Assembly: GCA_949293405.1 (NCBI GenBank)
Contig: CASFDI010000067.1
Coordinates: forward strand, 534 to 64,533
DNA: 64,000 bases
Direction of reading: 5' to 3'
Source: an uncultured bacterium
GTDB taxonomy: Bacteria; Bacillota; Clostridia; Oscillospirales; CAG-272
Within the stretch, counting starts at the first letter, position 1; the number at the start of each line of letters is the position of its first letter. Below are positions 1 to 8,287 of this stretch, piece by piece. A program made the position numbers and the translations under genes. The notes under the pieces were generated by a model. The model made no database searches. It was not told the DNA's origin and saw nothing but the letters and a program-made list of their open reading frames with translations.

Positions 1-9
1 TGCCTTTTT

Positions 10-1701
10 TCAAAGTGTTTTTGCGAGGGAATCGGCAATGCCGACTGCCGTGTCACAGATCTGCTTCAGCGCTCCGGGACGGAACGGAGAGGCAAGCCCT
101 GCCCCGCATACCAACTCTTCGAATCCGGCGGATCCGCCCTGCCTGGAAAATGCAAGATATTTCTCCAGCGTCCCCGCATAATCCTTGCGCGATGCGGCAA
201 GGAAACCGAGCGCCACGGTCTGCGCCAGGCAGTAATCGATATAATAGAACGGAGACTCGTAAATGTGCATCTGATACTGCCAGCGGGTTCCCTGTCCCAG
301 GTACGGCAGTCCCTCATAGTTCATATAAGGTCTGTACTTCTGTTCCAGACTGAGCCAGAGAGCGTCCCGCTGTGCCGGCGTCATAGTGGGATCGGTATAC
401 ACCGCATGCTGGAATTCATCCACCATCACACCGTACGGAATGAAGGTCAGAGCGGACAGAAGGTGCTTGTAGCGGTATTTGTCAGCGTTCTTGCCGAAAA
501 ATTTCTCCATATAGGGCCAGCACAGAAACTCCATACTCATTGAATGGCATTCAGCCGTCTCCATGCCTCCCACATCCAGCTCGGTGTCTCCGTTGCGGAA
601 CACATAATTCATGGCGAGCGCATGCCCGAACTCGTGCGTAATGACATCAATGTCACCCGAGGAGCCGTTGAAATTAGCAAGAATGAAAGTCTGCTCAAAC
701 GCCGGGAAACTGGTGCAGTATCCACCGCCCCACTTCCCCTCGCGCGCTTCGACATCGAACGCACCGGTTTGCAGCATGCTGTCCATGAAGGCACCGATTT
801 CAGGATTCATGTCCCGGTACATTTCGCGCGCCGCTGCAAAAATACCTGCTGTATCGGGGATCGGGCACGGCGCTTCCCCGTCGGTATACACATCGTTATC
901 ATAAAAAGCGATCGACGGAATGCCCAGACGCCACGCCGCTTCCTGCTTCAGTTTCACCACCGCGGGCACCAGATCCTGCGCCACATTTTTCCGGAACGAT
1001 GCAACCATGTCCGCATTGTAATCCAGGCGGTTCATCCGGTAGTACCCCAGGGTCACGAAGTTGTCGTAACCCATTTTCTTCGCCATCCGGTCGCGCACAT
1101 GCACCAGCCGGTCGTAATAGTCGTCAAGTTGGTCTTTATTGGCCGAAAGTCCCGCATCAATTGCTTGCGCCGCGGCACGGCGCACCTCGCGGTCCGAATC
1201 CTCCAGATACCCGCGCAGTCTGGAAAGCGGCATCCGTTCCCCGCGGAAAGTGAATACCATCTCGCTCATGAATTTGGAATAGGCGGTGGTCAGGCTGTTT
1301 TCTTCCTGCATATCCTCCGTGATCACAGGAGAGAACGACTTTTCGGACATCTCCCAGAGCCGGAAAAGGCGCGGAGAAATGCGGCGTTCCAGTTCATCCC
1401 GGAACGGGGCGGCCAGCATCCGTTTGCCGTAAGCGGTAAAAAGCTCCGTGAAAAGCGGACCGGTTTCGTCGTAATAAGCCATTTCCGCATTGTAAAATTC
1501 ATCACGCGTATCCAGGGTAAACCGGCAGTTTGCCAGCGATGCGGCAGTCTGGTACGCGACGATGGCGCGCCGAAACCCCTCCCGCGCCTTCACGATATCA
1601 TCGGCAGTGCGGGCACGGTCCATCTCCGCTTCAAAAACGGCAAACGCTTCCTTCGCACTTTCCAGTGTATATCTCTGATACGGCAGATCCTTGACAAGCA
1701 T
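10..1701 (-). CDS. pepF: M3B-family oligoendopeptidase F
   Basis: 563-aa ORF with the zinc-metallopeptidase motif HEFGH (VITHEFGHALAM) and PepF-like length. RBS AAGGGG lies upstream of the ATG at 1701. Confidence 0.85.
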   Translation of the reverse strand: MLVKDLPYQRYTLESAKEAFAVFEAEMDRARTADDIVKAREGFRRAIVAYQTAASLANCRFTLDTRDEFYNAEMAYYDETGPLFTELFTAYGKRMLAAPFRDELERRISPRLFRLWEMSEKSFSPVITEDMQEENSLTTAYSKFMSEMVFTFRGERMPLSRLRGYLEDSDREVRRAAAQAIDAGLSANKDQLDDYYDRLVHVRDRMAKKMGYDNFVTLGYYRMNRLDYNADMVASFRKNVAQDLVPAVVKLKQEAAWRLGIPSIAFYDNDVYTDGEAPCPIPDTAGIFAAAREMYRDMNPEIGAFMDSMLQTGAFDVEAREGKWGGGYCTSFPAFEQTFILANFNGSSGDIDVITHEFGHALAMNYVFRNGDTELDVGGMETAECHSMSMEFLCWPYMEKFFGKNADKYRYKHLLSALTFIPYGVMVDEFQHAVYTDPTMTPAQRDALWLSLEQKYRPYMNYEGLPYLGQGTRWQYQMHIYESPFYYIDYCLAQTVALGFLAASRKDYAGTLEKYLAFSRQGGSAGFEELVCGAGLASPFRPGALKQICDTAVGIADSLAKTL

Positions 1702-1715
1702 AAAAATATATCCCC

Positions 1716-2852
1716 TTACAGAAAGAAAAATTTACAACATATATACAGCGTTCCCAGAAACAGCACATTCAGTCCTGCAAAATACAGCAGATACCGCCGT
1801 GCATCGCCGGGACGGACCGAAAGATAGGTCCGGAAGGTAATCAGACTGGCGAGCGAAGCGATCAGCGTTCCGGTGCCGCCGATGTTGACCCCGATCAGAA
1901 GCGGCCTCCAGTTCTCGGTAAACTGGGAGAGCAGAATGGCAGACGGTACATTGGAAATCACCTGACAGGAGAGCACCGACACCTCCAGCGGTAGCGAGGC
2001 AAGCCAACCGGAAAGCACCCGGCTCACCACCTCGATCCGGGACAGATTTCCCGAAAACACAAAGAAAAACGCAAAGGTGCACAGCAGTCCGTAATCCACC
2101 TTGAGGAACACTCCGCGGTCCACAATGAGCAGAGCGATGACCACAACCACCAAAACCACCGGATACGGAATCAACCGCAGAACCATCAGTACCGACAACA
2201 GGAACAGCGCCAGATACAGGATGGTACGCCTGGGCTGCATCTGTTTGTCTTCCTCGCTTCCGATATGGAAAAATTCCACCGGCACGAACAGGCATACCAC
2301 CGTCATCAGGATCACCGCAGTCAGAAAGGGGGCCAGCATAGTCTGCATGAAAGCCCCTGCGGGAATGGAAAAGTAGGAATACAGGTACAGATTCTGCGGA
2401 TTGCCGAAGGGGGTAAGCATCCCGCCCAGATTGGCGGCGATGTTCTGCATGATGAAGGCAAACGGAAGCAGTTTCTTCTTGTCGGTCTCATGCAGTACAA
2501 AGTACCCCAGAGGCAGAAAGGTGATCAGCGCCATATCGTTTGCCATGAACATGGAGCCGAGGAATGTGATGTAGACCAGGGCGATGGTGGCAGAGCGGGT
2601 GGTGCGGAACACACGGATAATCCGCCGCGCCAGCATGGAGAAAAAATGAATGCGCTCCAGTGCGGATACCACTGCCAGCGTCACGAACAGACATACCAGC
2701 GTCCGTGGTTCGAAGTAGGAGAGATATGCCCGGTCGGGCGGAACCGCAAAGGCGGTCAGAACCGCCAGCACCAGAGCGATTTCGGCTACCAGATTGCGTT
2801 TGAGAAAGCGGACGGCGCCATGGCGCCGTCCGGATTCGCTTTCCGTTTCCAT
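1716..2852 (-). CDS. ArsB/NhaD-superfamily (YbiR/citrate-transporter-like) anion permease
   Basis: Polytopic membrane ORF with a GNPQNL-type motif (TPFGNPQNLYLY). The ORF-track start at 2879 is a GTG overlapping nagB. I prefer the ATG at 2852 (METESE...), 5 nt after the nagB stop. Confidence 0.6.
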   Translation of the reverse strand: METESESGRRHGAVRFLKRNLVAEIALVLAVLTAFAVPPDRAYLSYFEPRTLVCLFVTLAVVSALERIHFFSMLARRIIRVFRTTRSATIALVYITFLGSMFMANDMALITFLPLGYFVLHETDKKKLLPFAFIMQNIAANLGGMLTPFGNPQNLYLYSYFSIPAGAFMQTMLAPFLTAVILMTVVCLFVPVEFFHIGSEEDKQMQPRRTILYLALFLLSVLMVLRLIPYPVVLVVVVIALLIVDRGVFLKVDYGLLCTFAFFFVFSGNLSRIEVVSRVLSGWLASLPLEVSVLSCQVISNVPSAILLSQFTENWRPLLIGVNIGGTGTLIASLASLITFRTYLSVRPGDARRYLLYFAGLNVLFLGTLYICCKFFFL

Positions 2853-2859
2853 GGCGGTT

Positions 2860-3576
2860 TCAGACTGCCTCCCTGTCACAGATCACCGTGACATCCCGAT
2901 GCCCCAGCAGGAAGGTTGCGGGAACGGCGGGATCGAGCATACCGTCGTCAAGACGCGCCACTGCCGCCTTCTTATTCTTGCCGTTTGCAAGCAGCAGGAT
3001 ACTCTTTGCCTTCAGAATGGTCCCGACGCCGACGGTCAGCGCCTGGGTGGGCATGACCTCGTCAGCCGAGAAAAACCGGGCATTGTCCCGCAGGGTCTGC
3101 TCGGTCAAGGGGGTGACATGCGTTGCGGCATACAATTCCTTGCCCGGTTCATTGAAGCCGATGTGACCGTTCTGCCCGATGCCCAGAAGCTGCAGGTCGA
3201 TCCCGCCTGCCGCCTCAATCGCTGCCTCATAAGCACGGCACGCCAAAGCTGCATCCGCGGCAGAGCCGTCCGGAATATGAATGTTTTCGGGTCTGACATT
3301 GACCTTGCTGAAAAAATTCTGCTGCATGTAATACCAGTAGCTCTGCCGGTTGTCCGGGCTGATCGGGTAATATTCGTCAAGATTGAAAGTCACAACCTCC
3401 GAAAAATCCACCGTACCGGCACGATATGCCTCTGCCAGAAGTTCATATACACCGATCGGCGTCGAACCGGTAGCAAGGCCGAGTACGGCCCGGGGATTGC
3501 TGCGAACCGCGTCCAGAATGCGGTCTGCAGCCAGCCGGCACATGGCATCGTAATTGTCGCAAACGATTTTTTTCAT
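2860..3576 (-). CDS. nagB: glucosamine-6-phosphate deaminase
   Basis: 238 aa. The N-terminus (...VLGLATGSTPIGVYELL) and an internal GIGQNGHIGFNEP motif are typical of NagB. RBS GAGGAC. Confidence 0.9.
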   Translation of the reverse strand: MKKIVCDNYDAMCRLAADRILDAVRSNPRAVLGLATGSTPIGVYELLAEAYRAGTVDFSEVVTFNLDEYYPISPDNRQSYWYYMQQNFFSKVNVRPENIHIPDGSAADAALACRAYEAAIEAAGGIDLQLLGIGQNGHIGFNEPGKELYAATHVTPLTEQTLRDNARFFSADEVMPTQALTVGVGTILKAKSILLLANGKNKKAAVARLDDGMLDPAVPATFLLGHRDVTVICDREAV

Positions 3577-3669
3577 GGCAACGTCCTCACAATATTATGT
3601 AGATTAATTGGCATTTGGGGACTGCATACACGGTGCCCGCAAACGTGCGCCGTACATGAGGCCGGTATC

Positions 3670-3698
3670 ATTGTATCATATCCTTTTTTTTTTTTCAA
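3670..3698 (-). promoter_or_regulatory. sigma-A-type promoter of the nagB-permease-pepF unit, with an A12 tract in the -35/spacer
   Basis: Minus strand reads TTGAAA (3698-3693), a 17-nt spacer and TACAAT (3675-3670). Twelve consecutive A (plus-strand T12, 3684-3695) supply 3 nt of the -35 and 9 nt of the spacer. Confidence 0.55.
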
Positions 3699-3707
3699 GA
3701 GACAGCG

Positions 3708-3750
3708 GACAAAAAGAGGCGGTTTTCCGTCCGGAACGGAAAACCGCCTC
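3708..3750 (-). terminator. intrinsic terminator after uppP
   Basis: Minus-strand hairpin GAGGCGGTTTTCCGT/ACGGAAAACCGCCTC followed by TTTTTG, directly after the uppP stop at 3758. Confidence 0.8.
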
Positions 3751-3757
3751 CGCGCAG

Positions 3758-4627
3758 TCACAGACCGCAGGCAAACAAAACAAGCAACAGCAGGCCGAGT
3801 CCGATCCGGTACCAGCCGAATGCCTCAAAACTATGCCGCCGTACAAACTCCATCAGAAAACGGATGGTTAGCAGCGACACGACAAAAGACACTGCAAATC
3901 CCACTGCCAGAGACGCCAGTTCAATTCCCGTACAGCCGTATCCCGGTGTGTTCTGAGCAGAACGGATCGCAAATACGCCGATCTTGAGCGCGGATACCCC
4001 TGCCATGATCGGTATCGCCATAAAGAAGGAAAAGGAAGCCGCCGCCCGCCGCGAAACACCCAGCAGCATGCCGCCCAGAATGGTGGAACCGCTGCGCGAG
4101 GTGCCCGGGATGATGGAGAGCACCTGAAAGCATCCGATCAGCAGTGCCTGTTTCCAGGTCAGGTCAGATACCTGCTCCACTGCGGGTGCACGCCGGCCGC
4201 GCGTGCGCTCAATCACGATGAACAGAACACCGTACACCAGCAGTGCCGCCACTACCACATATTCCGCAACTCCCGCGACAAATACGCGTTCCTCCAGCAG
4301 ATCGTTGAACAGAATTCCGATGATACCGGCGGGCAGAACTCCGATGATCACCAGTTTCCACATGCGGAAAACGGCAGATCGCTCTTCTTTCGTTTTCGAG
4401 CGGGAAAAGGGATTGAGCTGATTGAAGAAGCACACCACCACCGCCAGGATCGCTCCCAGCTGGATCACATACAGGAACATGTTGAAGAATGCGTCGCCCA
4501 TCATACGGAACGGAAAATACCGTTCCGCCAGAATCAGATGACCCGTGCTGCTCACCGGCAGCCATTCGGTAATTCCTTCTATAATTCCGAGTACAAAGGC
4601 CCGCAGCAATTCCAGAATATACTCCAT
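3758..4627 (-). CDS. uppP: undecaprenyl-diphosphate phosphatase
   Basis: 289-aa polytopic membrane protein. The N-terminal motif GIIEGITEWLPVSSTGHLIL is diagnostic of UppP/BacA. Its start overlaps the U32 stop (TAATG). Confidence 0.9.
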   Translation of the reverse strand: MEYILELLRAFVLGIIEGITEWLPVSSTGHLILAERYFPFRMMGDAFFNMFLYVIQLGAILAVVVCFFNQLNPFSRSKTKEERSAVFRMWKLVIIGVLPAGIIGILFNDLLEERVFVAGVAEYVVVAALLVYGVLFIVIERTRGRRAPAVEQVSDLTWKQALLIGCFQVLSIIPGTSRSGSTILGGMLLGVSRRAAASFSFFMAIPIMAGVSALKIGVFAIRSAQNTPGYGCTGIELASLAVGFAVSFVVSLLTIRFLMEFVRRHSFEAFGWYRIGLGLLLLVLFACGL

Positions 4628-5877
4628 TATCCTTCCTCTCCGCCTCCTCTTATGATATCTCCCTGACGCACTTCAAACGGTACGGTCATCCGGTACTGCA
4701 TACCGGGATGAGGGGTCGCATCAATCGCTGTGCCGTCCGGCAGCGTCAGGTCGCCGGCGGTAAAGCGCACACCGCATCTGCCGGGAGTCAACAATTCCAC
4801 AGGCTGACCCGCATACAACTTATTGCGCTGAACCAGCAGAGCTTTCCCACTCTGTGCGTCGTACGACAGCACGGTCGCCAGGTAAGCCTTTTCGCGGATG
4901 TATCCGGCGGTCTCTGCCGTATTGGCGCAGGTGTGCGGATCGTCAAAATAGTAACCGGTGTGATACGGTCTGTGAGACACACTCTCCAGTTCCCGGTACC
5001 AGGCAGGATCATAAGGCTTCCCTGTCTGTGCCGCGTCAATCGCCATGCGATAAGCGTTGGTTACTACCGCCGTATAGTATGCGCTCTTCATACGCCCTTC
5101 AATCTTGAAGGAATCGATCCCCGCTTCCAGCAGTTGCGGAATATGTCCGATCATACAGGTGTCGCGCGAGGACATGACGAAAGTCTCCCCTGCCTCCTCA
5201 TACACCGGAATGCGTTCGTCCGGCCGCTTCTCCTCGGTCAGTTCGGTCACCAGGCCGGCGGTATAATGCCAGCGGCAAGGCTGTGCGCACATGCCCCGAT
5301 TGGCATCCCTGCCCGCCAGATAATTGGAAAGCAGGCAGCGGCCGCTGTAGGAAATACACATGGAGCCGTGAATAAACGCCTCCAGCTCCACCTCGCGGGA
5401 CAGACTCTGCCGGATCCGTCGGATCTCGGACAGCCGCAATTCACGCGACAGGACGACCCGGCGCGCACCCAACGAAGCCCAGGCGCGACAGGCCGCGGAG
5501 GAGACCGCGTTTGCCTGCGTGGAAATATGCAGATCTATGTCTGGCAGCATCTGCCGCGCCAGAAACAGCACGCCCGGATCCGCAACAATCAAGGCATCCG
5601 GGCGGATCTCAGACAGGTGTCCGAAATAAGCCTCGAGTTCACCGTACTCATCATCGCGCGGCAGAGTGTTGACCGTTACATAGACCCGTACACCGGCACT
5701 ATGCGCAAATGCAACGGCGTTTTCCAGTTGCTCCAGGGAGAAATTCCCCGCGGCGGCGCGCATGCCGAACGCCTGTCCGGCAAGATAAACCGCATCGGCA
5801 CCGTACCGTACTGCGGCTTCCAGTTTTTCCGGATTCCCGGCAGGAGACAGTAGTTCTGCCATATGATATCCTTTCAT
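4627..5877 (-). CDS. peptidase U32 family protein (TrhP/RlhA/YrrO-like)
   Basis: 416 aa. The N-terminus (ELLSPAGNPEKLEAAVRYGADAVYLAG) and Cys-rich core (GSMCISYSGRCLLSN) are typical of U32. The start is the ATG at 5877 (ATGA overlap with the upstream stop) or at 5862. Confidence 0.85.
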   Translation of the reverse strand: MKGYHMAELLSPAGNPEKLEAAVRYGADAVYLAGQAFGMRAAAGNFSLEQLENAVAFAHSAGVRVYVTVNTLPRDDEYGELEAYFGHLSEIRPDALIVADPGVLFLARQMLPDIDLHISTQANAVSSAACRAWASLGARRVVLSRELRLSEIRRIRQSLSREVELEAFIHGSMCISYSGRCLLSNYLAGRDANRGMCAQPCRWHYTAGLVTELTEEKRPDERIPVYEEAGETFVMSSRDTCMIGHIPQLLEAGIDSFKIEGRMKSAYYTAVVTNAYRMAIDAAQTGKPYDPAWYRELESVSHRPYHTGYYFDDPHTCANTAETAGYIREKAYLATVLSYDAQSGKALLVQRNKLYAGQPVELLTPGRCGVRFTAGDLTLPDGTAIDATPHPGMQYRMTVPFEVRQGDIIRGGGEEG

Positions 5878-6980
5878 TTCGATTCAGTTTCCCGCTGCTC
5901 CGGTATAGCATACAGATCGGTTTCCCAGGCGGGAACACAGCGGCGCCGATAGAGAAAGAGGCGGTACGGCACTCCGAAGGACAGCAGCAGTTCCGGGAGG
6001 ACAAACAGGTCCTCCGGCCGGTGATAGAGCGCCAGAGAAAGGCAGGGACGGTCACGCCGGATGGTCTGCGCCGACCCCAGCAGGACCTCTCGTTCCGCAC
6101 CTTCTACATCATATTTGATATAGTCCACATGCATACCTGCGCACAGGTCGTCCACGGTCACAACCGGCACATTTTCACGGACGCACCCGTACGATCCGCT
6201 CTCGCCGAGGGTGGCATTGCGATTGCCGCTGACGAAAAACGGCGCCACGCCGGCATGACTGCCGGCAGCCCCGAACACGGGCTGCACACGACGCTCTGCC
6301 CCGGCATATTGTTCAAGTTTCCTGTAATTTTTACGGTCCGGCTCTATAGCGACAATCCGCTCGACCGCAGGAGCCACGGCCAGCAGGGCCGCTGCCGTAT
6401 CGCCGCGGTATGCCCCGACATCCACGCAGAAGCGGAAATTGTCATACGGCAACGCACAGGGGCCGGGTTCCCGCACCGCCTGCATCAGAGACGCAAAATC
6501 GCCCGTATACCGGCATTGCACGAGCTGCGCGAACAGGCGTGCCGAATCCTCATCGGACAGAAGTCCGCACACCCGGAGCAGATCCTCCCGGTGAGCGCAG
6601 TAAAAGGAGTGGTCAAAGAAAGTCTCCCCTGCCACAGGCAGATCGGGCACCAGCAGGGATCTGCGCCGTGCCAATGCCGTCAGATCGTCCAGTACCGGCC
6701 CCAACCGGGACCCGAAGGAAAGCAAGGCAGTAAACGACCCGTAAACCTTTTCCGCCTCGGTCAGCGACAGCACACGCCTGTCATGAAAGGTCTGCCCCCG
6801 TACGAATCCGTCGCTTGCAAAGGTATCGGCGTAGATGAGGCCTTCCCGATTCAGTTTCCGGATCAGTTTGTCCGCACCGTTGCCCATTCCGTAAATCAGC
6901 AACGGCTGCCTGCACACACGCAGGCGCTCCCACAGATCGGGCGCATCCGCCGACGGAAAATCAAAATCCCGTCTGTTCAT
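5874..6980 (-). CDS. FkbM-family SAM-dependent methyltransferase
   Basis: The C-terminal half carries FkbM/Methyltransf_21-like motifs (VDVGAYRGDTA ... AIEPD ... VDYIKYDVEGAEREVL). Confidence 0.7.
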   Translation of the reverse strand: MNRRDFDFPSADAPDLWERLRVCRQPLLIYGMGNGADKLIRKLNREGLIYADTFASDGFVRGQTFHDRRVLSLTEAEKVYGSFTALLSFGSRLGPVLDDLTALARRRSLLVPDLPVAGETFFDHSFYCAHREDLLRVCGLLSDEDSARLFAQLVQCRYTGDFASLMQAVREPGPCALPYDNFRFCVDVGAYRGDTAAALLAVAPAVERIVAIEPDRKNYRKLEQYAGAERRVQPVFGAAGSHAGVAPFFVSGNRNATLGESGSYGCVRENVPVVTVDDLCAGMHVDYIKYDVEGAEREVLLGSAQTIRRDRPCLSLALYHRPEDLFVLPELLLSFGVPYRLFLYRRRCVPAWETDLYAIPEQRETESK

Positions 6981-7061
6981 GCGCTTCCCTCTTGCACCGG
7001 TTCTGTTTTTGTGCTACAATATTCACGATTCAGTAAATTCATAACCGGAGGTATAAAATCA

Positions 7062-7400
7062 ATGGATTGCATCTTTTGTAAAATCATCCGGGGTGACATC
7101 CCCTCACAGAAACTTTATGAAGACGAGCTGGTATACGCCTTTCGCGACATCAATCCCCAGGCGCCCTTTCACGCCCTGGTTGTGCCGAAAACGCACATCG
7201 GCTCTGCAGACGAAATCACGGTAGACAACAGCGGCGCCGTGGCTGCAGTATTCACCGCCATCCCGAAAATTGCGAAAGCAGCAGGACTCGGCAACGGCTA
7301 TCGCGTGATCACCAATATAGGAGAGGACGGCTGCCAGTCGGTCAAACATCTGCATTTTCATGTTCTGGGGGGCAGAAAACTGCCGGAAACCATGGCATAA
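7062..7400 (+). CDS. HIT-family (histidine triad) nucleotide hydrolase
   Basis: MDCIFCKII... start and C-terminal HLHFHVLGG histidine triad. RBS GGAGG lies upstream. The rest of ORF 5709-7400 is an antisense shadow. Confidence 0.9.
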   Translation: MDCIFCKIIRGDIPSQKLYEDELVYAFRDINPQAPFHALVVPKTHIGSADEITVDNSGAVAAVFTAIPKIAKAAGLGNGYRVITNIGEDGCQSVKHLHFHVLGGRKLPETMA

Positions 7401-7496
7401 GCCACGCGGCTTCCCGCGCTGCCGCCCGGTCCGGAGCCGTACCGGACCATTCCCGATTTCCGGACGCCGCAATCAGAGTGAAGGGGTCCGGACAGT

Positions 7497-7529
7497 AAAA
7501 CAACCGCTGTCAGCCAGCGGTTGTTTTTT
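7497..7529. terminator. bidirectional intrinsic terminator between the HIT gene and rplS
   Basis: AAAA-CAACCGCTG-tcagc-CAGCGGTTG-TTTTTT. A 9-bp stem flanked by an A-run and a T-run. Confidence 0.85.
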
Positions 7530-7544
7530 CGGGAAGCGGAAAAA

Positions 7545-7889
7545 TCACATTTTTTCCTTGACCTTTGCGGCCTTACCGACTCTGTCGCGCAGGTAGTACA
7601 GTTTCGCACGGCGAACACGACCCTGACGGACGACTTCTACCTTCTCCACATTGGGAGAATGCAGGGGGAAGGTCTTCTCAACGCCGCAACCATAAGAGAT
7701 GCGTCTCACGGTAAAGGTAGCGGAAATGCCACCCTCATGTCTGGCGATGACGGTTCCCTCGAAGAGCTGAATACGCTCTCTCTGACCTTCTTTGATCTTG
7801 TTGTGCACCCGGACGGTGTCACCCACTTCGAACTGGGGAACCTGTTCTTTCAACTGCTCACTTGCAAAAGCCTCAAGTTTTGTCATCAT
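7545..7889 (-). CDS. rplS: 50S ribosomal protein L19
   Basis: MMTKLEAF...[14 protein letters not shown]...[16 protein letters not shown]... is the canonical L19 sequence. RBS GGAGGG. The ORF-track N-terminal extension is rejected. Confidence 0.95.
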   Translation of the reverse strand: MMTKLEAFASEQLKEQVPQFEVGDTVRVHNKIKEGQRERIQLFEGTVIARHEGGISATFTVRRISYGCGVEKTFPLHSPNVEKVEVVRQGRVRRAKLYYLRDRVGKAAKVKEKM

Positions 7890-7977
7890 TGGGGCCCTCC
7901 TTATCATACCGAACATTCGTGCGGAGCATCGCAGAGGACTGTTCTCAAAATCGGTTGCCACATACGCAACACAAGAT

Positions 7978-8006
7978 ATTATATCATATCTCTGCTGAAA
8001 AATCAA
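7978..8006 (-). promoter_or_regulatory. sigma-A-type promoter of stand-alone rplS
   Basis: Minus strand reads TTGATT (8006-8001), a 17-nt spacer and TATAAT (7983-7978). It leaves a leader of about 80 nt before the rplS ATG. Confidence 0.6.
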
Positions 8007-8215
8007 GAGTTTTCTGGAAAAAATAATATCATCAGATTTGTCAGCTATCGGCTCACAGGTACGCCCGGTATCTTATACCGGACTGCCGGTGTATCAGGGC
8101 GGCAAGCCTCTCACCGCAGGCGACAGAGGACGGCGCGTGTCTCCGCGACTCCCCCGTTCCCGCTTCCCCGCAAAAACCGGAGCAGAGTTTTTTCAGGAAA
8201 ACAACGGAGACCCCC

Positions 8216-8244
8216 TTGATTTCATTCATTATACATGGTACAAT
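8216..8244 (+). promoter_or_regulatory. sigma-A-type promoter (extended -10) of the AI-2E transporter gene
   Basis: TTGATT, 17 nt, then TGgTACAAT. Confidence 0.55.
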
Positions 8245-8287
8245 AATAATGTATTGTAAATTGGCTGCAGCCGGGAAGGATCGCTTC

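Noticed and set aside
5709-7061. The upstream 451 codons of plus-strand ORF 5709-7400.
   Set aside because: Only the last 112 codons (from the ATG at 7062 with GGAGG) form the HIT protein. The remainder is antisense to the FkbM and U32 genes.
8040-8215. A GC-rich intergenic stretch of about 175 nt between the rplS and AI-2E transporter promoters, with a small hairpin (CCGGTAT-ctt-ATACCGG). I considered an sRNA, an SRP/6S-type RNA or a riboswitch.
   Set aside because: I found no conserved ncRNA block (for example the SRP GGAAGCAGC-type motif). There is no convincing promoter and terminator pair. The transporter promoter lies downstream of the stretch, so it is not in that 5' UTR. The two ORFs here (73 and 78 aa) lack an RBS. 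It is left unexplained rather than called.
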